52,866 nucleotides of DNA. Origin: Salisapilia sapeloensis CBS 127946 (Eukaryota > Protista > Oomycota). Under the pieces are notes generated by a model. That model was given only the letters and a program-made list of their open reading frames with translations. It was not told the DNA's origin and ran no database searches. Positions within the stretch are counted from its first letter, which is position 1. Every line of letters starts with the position of its first letter. The position numbers were made by a program, and so were the translations under genes. The stretch lies in assembly GCA_023334545.1 (NCBI GenBank), contig JAADVB010000125.1, positions 1 through 52,866 of the forward strand, written 5' to 3'. This document shows, piece by piece, positions 47,267-52,866 of the stretch.

Positions 47267-49273
47267 TCACTCGTCATCGCCACGTGAGCTCTCGCCTGGC
47301 AACTCTGGCTTCTCCCATGCCCCTTCCAACGACGCAGACAAGCGGTCGACACACTGCGTTGCCGCGCTTTCGAGTCTTTCCAACGCTCGCTTGTCACATC
47401 CTCCGTCCTGAGCTACCTTCACCGCTCGGAAGACTCTTTCCACGACCTCAGCATATCGAGCAGCATCTTCCAGCCTCGCTGTCAATAATTCACTGTCTCC
47501 CGTCTTTTGCTTCTTAGAGGCATTCGAATGCACATCATCGTCCAAAAGTCTCTTATTCGTATCCTCTGACTCTGTATCCGATGAATGCGCCTGCCTGTCA
47601 TCCATATTCGAGTCTTCAAAGTTGATACGAGGACGCTTACGCAAGAGAGCTCGAAGAGCCTCGTACCGATCGGATTTGGTTTGTTGCCATTCATGCAGAT
47701 AAAGCAGATCAATCCTGTCATTACAAAGCACCGCTAACGTTTCATTCGATGTAGAATGGCGAATCATATTGATATGAAGCATTCGCTCATATCGCTTGAC
47801 CAAGTGACCCCACATATCCAGCGCTTGCCAAGCACTGACGATATCCACTGAGACTTCAATTGATAGATCAAACAGTGCTTCCAGACTAGATAAAAGTGTA
47901 CTCAGCCGCTCATCGCTTGATCGATACACACGAACGGCTTCGTTCCAAAAGTACATCCACGCTTCATCGGAAGATTTCTCAGGTGGAGGCATTACCTGGT
48001 CAGAGAAGAGAACGTTTAGGAGACGCAAGGCACCTCCCATCTCCTTATCGTGCGCTAATTTAGCTTTTACATCGTGCTTTAAGATCCCCATGGATTGATT
48101 AGAAGTAGTATGAGAGATAGGTTGGAGTCCATGTGACTGGAATGGATTGACAGTCGTGCCGGGGATGCCTTCAGGTTGATGACTTTCATCATGCTCCGAG
48201 ATACTACTTCTCGATGCGTCGATCATTGCACGACCGAGCGCAGAGCGACCTTCCACATTGTCTTCTCTGGTTAAAAAGGAAGTTTGGGATCGAGTGGATA
48301 CGTTTGGTCGAGGTGGAGGATCAAAAAGTGACCTACCGTACGATCCTCTCGCAGTGTAGGATGTATCGGGAGATGGCAACGACTCCGTGTCACCACTTTC
48401 TCGACGTCCATAGCCGTCTTCCTCTAGAGAACCTCCACTCAATGCAATCTTACGACGCCAGTAGTCGGTCAACAATTGGATACATCCATTCTTCTTAAAC
48501 GAAGTGGCGTATGAGCCAATTGTCAGTCCACACAACGTACAAGCGCCGCGCAGTCCGTGAAACTGGCACGTCGATAGTGTACTGCGAACTTCAGCATCCG
48601 AAGACTCGGATGGTATTCGGTGCAGCAACGCCATGACTTCACGTGGCGTCAACTTGTTCCGACCGTGCTTCGCTCGCTTCGTTACAGCATAGTCATCCGC
48701 GCTTTTCACAGGGACAGGTGACTCCTTTTTGCTCACTTTCTTGCTTTGCTTTCCTGCTTTCATCTCTCGTTTCCGTTGCGCACAATAGTTCATAATATCC
48801 TGACGCAAAACCAACGTCGTCGGGTCTTCAGCCAATAGTTGATTGTGCATGACGCCAATAGGCGTGTCAAGTCCTAGCTCCAGCACCTTTTTCTCCTGGC
48901 GCGACGTCAACTTGCGGAAACACGGATGGTCTCTCGGGTTCTTAAATGGTTCGTGATTGTGTTGCGAGACGTGGTGCGTAAGTGCTATTTTACCATCGTC
49001 CGTGCGTCGAAGTAGCATGGAAAACGGGCATCCACATCCTCTTGACTTTCGAGGTCGGATGACCGCTTGGGAAGTATCTGGAGCACTTCGATCACATACG
49101 ACGAACATCCGTTCGAGCATGCGGTCTTTACCCCACTTTCGTCCACTCTTTCGAATGCCATACCCTGCGTGCAAGGCATGGGCTCGAATAAAATCAAATG
49201 CTTCGTCGGCATCGGGAAATGTATTTTCCTCTGGCGGATCCATCTTATATTGTGGGGGATCCTCTTGCGTCAT
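47267..49273 (-). CDS. FAR1/Mutator-type (WRKY-GCM1 fold) DNA-binding domain protein lacking a DDE core, 668 aa
   Basis: FPDADEAFDFIRAHALHAGYGIRK...VCDRS...GCGCPFS...HNHEP...HPCFRKLT...RQDIMNY is the N-terminal pattern of MULE transposases. No MULE DDE domain or SWIM finger follows. Confidence 0.8.
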   Translation of the reverse strand: MTQEDPPQYKMDPPEENTFPDADEAFDFIRAHALHAGYGIRKSGRKWGKDRMLERMFVVCDRSAPDTSQAVIRPRKSRGCGCPFSMLLRRTDDGKIALTHHVSQHNHEPFKNPRDHPCFRKLTSRQEKKVLELGLDTPIGVMHNQLLAEDPTTLVLRQDIMNYCAQRKREMKAGKQSKKVSKKESPVPVKSADDYAVTKRAKHGRNKLTPREVMALLHRIPSESSDAEVRSTLSTCQFHGLRGACTLCGLTIGSYATSFKKNGCIQLLTDYWRRKIALSGGSLEEDGYGRRESGDTESLPSPDTSYTARGSYGRSLFDPPPRPNVSTRSQTSFLTREDNVEGRSALGRAMIDASRSSISEHDESHQPEGIPGTTVNPFQSHGLQPISHTTSNQSMGILKHDVKAKLAHDKEMGGALRLLNVLFSDQVMPPPEKSSDEAWMYFWNEAVRVYRSSDERLSTLLSSLEALFDLSIEVSVDIVSAWQALDMWGHLVKRYERMLHINMIRHSTSNETLAVLCNDRIDLLYLHEWQQTKSDRYEALRALLRKRPRINFEDSNMDDRQAHSSDTESEDTNKRLLDDDVHSNASKKQKTGDSELLTARLEDAARYAEVVERVFRAVKVAQDGGCDKRALERLESAATQCVDRLSASLEGAWEKPELPGESSRGDDE

Positions 49274-49527
49274 GGTGACTTCTTCTCTACTTTTTATTTG
49301 TGAGGACCTAAAGCTTTACTTGAGCAGGATGAAACGAGTATATACAAAAGTCGAGTGTAAAAGATTACTTGATTTTTATAAGAATGGATCGTTTATGTAT
49401 ATGTTTCGTTTTCGAAACGGGCTGAGTTTCCCCATAGCTCGTCTTATCGAATCTATAAGTTAAAGTCGAAGATTAAGAAGTAGTCGTGTTGGATAGAGAG
49501 GTTTGAGATAGATCTTGTCAAGAGCCT

Positions 49528-50846
49528 ATGAGAAGAACTATAATGAGACAGAGTCGAGTTTCATTTTGTGATGCTAACAGTAAGACCAGAATTGTTTATA
49601 GATACGATTTGTCGACAAAGGTATTCCAAACAATAAGCTGTGTTTGCCGTCTGGATATCAAGAGATACCTTGGATTGCTTTCCCTCTTCAAGTCTACTCA
49701 AAAGCTTGAAGATAATCAGCTAGTTGGTACTGGATGGATCAAAGGCATGCTTCTGAGTATGCAGATCTCTCCGTATCCGCAGTAGCCGAGTGAAAGCGAT
49801 ATCTTTTATACATTTTATCGTACGCAGAATGATTAGAAATCACAAAGATACCGAACAACCTACTAGAGTTGTTAGAATATTCTACTAGAAGATATGATGA
49901 AACCGTTTATCTAGTGCTTAGAAAAGAAAGATGACAAAGATCGAATGGCTTCCTTGAAAAATACCAGAGTAATGATGGTCTACTACTCGTTCTTGCAGAT
50001 CTCTGAATGATCAGTACCCAAATCTGGCAAGAGGAAGCCGTTGGAGCACATTCAACTGCAAGGTAAGATCTACTTTAAATGCCGTTGTAATATAACACAG
50101 GCAGTAATCTTAATTTCTAGATAGCGTGCAATTGACTTCATTCTACTTCGTGATGATTGTACACTGGCATTCTTTCACTCTCATCTAGTTTTTGCAATTG
50201 ACGTGGAGAATATTCTGCAGCAGCTAAATGCCTTAAGATCTTGAAAACAAGAAGAATATAGCTTTGAAATGCTTGTACTTCAAAATCTTTATTCACTACA
50301 GACAAATAAAAATTGTCTAGTAGTAGATGCATGAAAGTTGCAGACGGACGCGTACCATCCGCAAAGCCTACACATAAGTTGGTTGCATGTCTTCAAGTCT
50401 GCCAATAAGTTATTGGGTACAACTACGCTACTTGTCTAGGTATGATTTATACATGGATACAATGCTTGCAAAAAATAGAGATGAAAAGGTCGAATGTAGA
50501 TGAATTTTGAGAGCGTGCACATCGTTATTAGCAACAAGGTAATATCAAATAGTGATAGACGAAGCTCAATTAAAGAAAACAGCAAAAGCTAATCGATCAC
50601 TTTGGAAACTATTTGCTGTATAGAGCTTTGTACCTTAAATATAGCTCTGCTTTAACGAAGTACAAGACTACCAAGGAAAAACAACTTGTACAGGTTATTA
50701 GACCGCTTGCGCATCATAACGAGCTAGAGAAACAATTAAGATGCCACAAGGGGATTCAATGACGACTTAATTTTCTAAGAGAATACTTCCAGGAGTCCAC
50801 TGAGCTCCAATACAACTTCAAGCAACTTTACATTTACACTGCCAAA
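49528..50846 (+). pseudogene. Possible decayed coding relic in an AT-rich spacer
   Basis: Several protein-like frames broken by sparse stops, e.g. from ~50574 RKQQKLIDHFGNYLLYRALYLKY...LRCHKGIQ*RLNFLREYFQ. No family recognised. Confidence 0.2.
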
Positions 50847-52475
50847 CTACACGCAATGGCTTTGCTCCAACGCTCTTTCAAGCGTCAAGGTCAAGCGCTC
50901 TACAAACTGAGTCGCTTCATCCCTTAACTCATCCCGTCCACTCTCCTTTATCTGGCCAAACACTCGCTCCACGACCTTTGCAGACCGCATCCCTTCATCA
51001 AACGTCACAAACGTTTCATCCGCACATCTCGGTCTCTTTAAAAACCGCCGAGTCCGTCGCGCGTCCTCCAACACATCTTCCGCATCACTCTCCTCTGCTT
51101 CTCCGTCCCAACTAAATCTATTCTTCAACGCCTCAAATCGCTTCGGTCGGCGACTCCTCCACTCGTGTAAGCTGACGAGATCCACTTGGTCGCCACAAAG
51201 TCGAAGCACAACGTCTGCCTTGGTCTCCTGTTTCACTTGCAGCGTCAACGACATATTCTCATACCGTTGCAACACCCGTCCGAACATGTCAGCAAATTCT
51301 GATCCAGTAGGCACGTTCTCGCCGAGGACAATCCGATGTCCATCCAGCGCTTCCATTTCAGACAAGATGACATTAAACATTGGATCCTCTGGACACTCCT
51401 GATACAAACATTTTGCTTCATCCCAGAATCCATCCCACCTCTCCTGCTCGTCATTCTGTGGTGGTGCTAAGTACCATGAAAAGAGGACATTTAACACTCT
51501 TAAATTCGTCCACGTCTGCTTATCTAACATTAAAGAAGGCTTTGCCGTCTCTCGGACGTAAGTTTCATAATTCGTTAACGCGTTTGAGAGGTATTCATGC
51601 TCTGGGGGTGCCTCCTTGAGACGAGATAACTGGCGACTTGATTCCATCAACAGTGTGACTAGACCATCCTTATTGTTCATGTGCTTGAGTTTACTCCCGT
51701 GCACAGGGATGCGTAGTAACATGCAAGCACCCCGTAGACGCTGCACAGGACTTTCACGTAGCTGGGCTTCGACTGCCTGTTCTGACATTTCACTAGACGG
51801 TAGCATCATCTCGACGATTTGATGTGAAGGAGACTGTAATTCTCCTTTCGTTTGTTTCAACTCCATCTTCTCTAACGTCGCTAATGTCACGTGGCGTTGA
51901 ATCGTACCTTTATACACTTCACTACCTTCCGAAACGCCATGATAAAGTTCTTCTAGCGGTAGTTCCCGACGAAGCTTACTACGATAATTATAAATATCCT
52001 GTCGTCGGATTAATGTTTCTGGATCTGCTGCTCTTAAAGCTTCAAAGAGCTCCGGGATCTTCGTGTTCAAGCCCATGCTGGCGATGATAGCTTTCTGATG
52101 TGGAGTTAATTGACGAAAGCAAGCGTGGTCACTCGCTCGTTCAAACGGAAGGTGATTATGATGCGAATTCTCATGTGATACTCGCCATGCACCGTCCGAC
52201 GTGCGGTGTAAGACGAAGGAGAAGGCACAATGGACGCGACGGCTCTTAAGCGGTCGGACAATTGCCCGAGACGCAGACGCGACGCACCGATCGCAAGTTA
52301 TTCGGACGCGCGAGACACCACGAGACACCACGGTCTCCGTTCGACTGCTTGGTCGAATACCATACCCTGCGCTTCTCGCATGTGACAATACAGCCGAGTA
52401 AGCGTCTTCATAGGTAGGATAGACCTCCTCTGGTGGAGGTGTCATCTCCTTCTTCCCTCCTTCGTCGCTACTCAT
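50847..52475 (-). CDS. Second FAR1/Mutator-type DNA-binding domain protein, tandem paralogue of 47267-49273, 542 aa
   Basis: YPTYEDAYSAVLSHARSAGYGIR...TCDRC...HCAFS...HNHLP...HACFRQLT...RQDIYNY. Shares LRGAC, LRxLNVLFS and LCxDxxDLxxLHEW blocks with the first gene. Confidence 0.82.
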   Translation of the reverse strand: MSSDEGGKKEMTPPPEEVYPTYEDAYSAVLSHARSAGYGIRPSSRTETVVSRGVSRVRITCDRCVASASRAIVRPLKSRRVHCAFSFVLHRTSDGAWRVSHENSHHNHLPFERASDHACFRQLTPHQKAIIASMGLNTKIPELFEALRAADPETLIRRQDIYNYRSKLRRELPLEELYHGVSEGSEVYKGTIQRHVTLATLEKMELKQTKGELQSPSHQIVEMMLPSSEMSEQAVEAQLRESPVQRLRGACMLLRIPVHGSKLKHMNNKDGLVTLLMESSRQLSRLKEAPPEHEYLSNALTNYETYVRETAKPSLMLDKQTWTNLRVLNVLFSWYLAPPQNDEQERWDGFWDEAKCLYQECPEDPMFNVILSEMEALDGHRIVLGENVPTGSEFADMFGRVLQRYENMSLTLQVKQETKADVVLRLCGDQVDLVSLHEWRSRRPKRFEALKNRFSWDGEAEESDAEDVLEDARRTRRFLKRPRCADETFVTFDEGMRSAKVVERVFGQIKESGRDELRDEATQFVERLTLTLERALEQSHCV

Positions 52476-52686
52476 TTTTTAAGATAATCGAAAATCGATG
52501 TTTAGATGTTCAAAAGAAAAGGAAATAAAATTCTTTATTTATTTAATAGCAGCTAATGTATACTCAGGACAAGTGACATGGCAGAGTTCATAGTCCGACA
52601 TATTTATAGGTTGATTTCTACTTTACATGATACGAAGATAGATAGAGTAGGCATGTAGAGTAAGAGCTGATATTGACTTCTCGTTT

Positions 52687-52866
52687 ATACAGTATCAACA
52701 ACAAAAAATACTAATGCAAGATAGTCGATGGAGGTCGATATCCGTTCATGTGCATATCTCGGATGGATGATCTCGAGTCCGTTCGACTGCTCATCGTCCG
52801 TCCCTTCAGTAACCTCGATCGGGACAGTCGATGGATGTCGGGTGCTCGAATCGACATCTCTTGATC
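52687..52866 (-). CDS. Possible 3' end of a gene entering from the right edge
   Basis: GC-richer terminal 150 nt with two open minus frames (e.g. SRDVDSSTRHPSTVPIEVTEGTDDEQSNGLEII...). Frame not resolvable. Confidence 0.25.

Noticed and set aside
50138-50332. LLDNFY motif reminiscent of piggyBac transposase DNxY/F
   Set aside because: Isolated five-residue match with no other catalytic motifs or TTAA-flanked ends.
52834-52858. GATGTCG...CGACATC 7-bp hairpin
   Set aside because: Short stem, probably inside coding sequence; no terminator or Helitron context.
1-52866. Prokaryotic-type systems (operons, CRISPR, defence islands), rRNA or tRNA genes
   Set aside because: The sequence is spliceosomal-intron-bearing eukaryotic DNA; no repeat-spacer array or structural RNA signature was seen.

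Overview
Gene-dense eukaryotic DNA with short GT-AG introns. I reconstructed 26 introns of 40-75 nt by hand, all restoring reading frame. Gene content (axonemal dynein-like gene, kinesin-2, DZIP-like gene) and compactness suggest a flagellated protist, probably oomycete/stramenopile-like; this is inferred, not proven. About 13 well-supported protein-coding genes plus a few weak candidates; no rRNA, tRNA or CRISPR array recognised. Highlights: (1) Cdc6 carries an N-terminal PWWP-like domain and three GW repeats resembling the MBD/TAM fold. It is head-to-head with a gene built from the same repeats in the same order but lacking the ATPase, and two E2F-type sites lie in the shared promoter. (2) A ~5,100-aa, 14-exon dynein heavy chain-like gene has a degenerate AAA1 catalytic site but a well-preserved microtubule-binding stalk tip. 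(3) Two tandem paralogues have Mutator/FAR1-type DNA-binding N-termini, no transposase core, and a shared unrecognised C-terminal domain. (4) A ~2,080-aa TPR/IQ protein has about 8 copies of an unrecognised repeat. (5) A 119-aa five-exon gene and a 222-aa LRR gene are not recoverable from the ORF track. All family calls come from motif recognition by eye; no database search was run.
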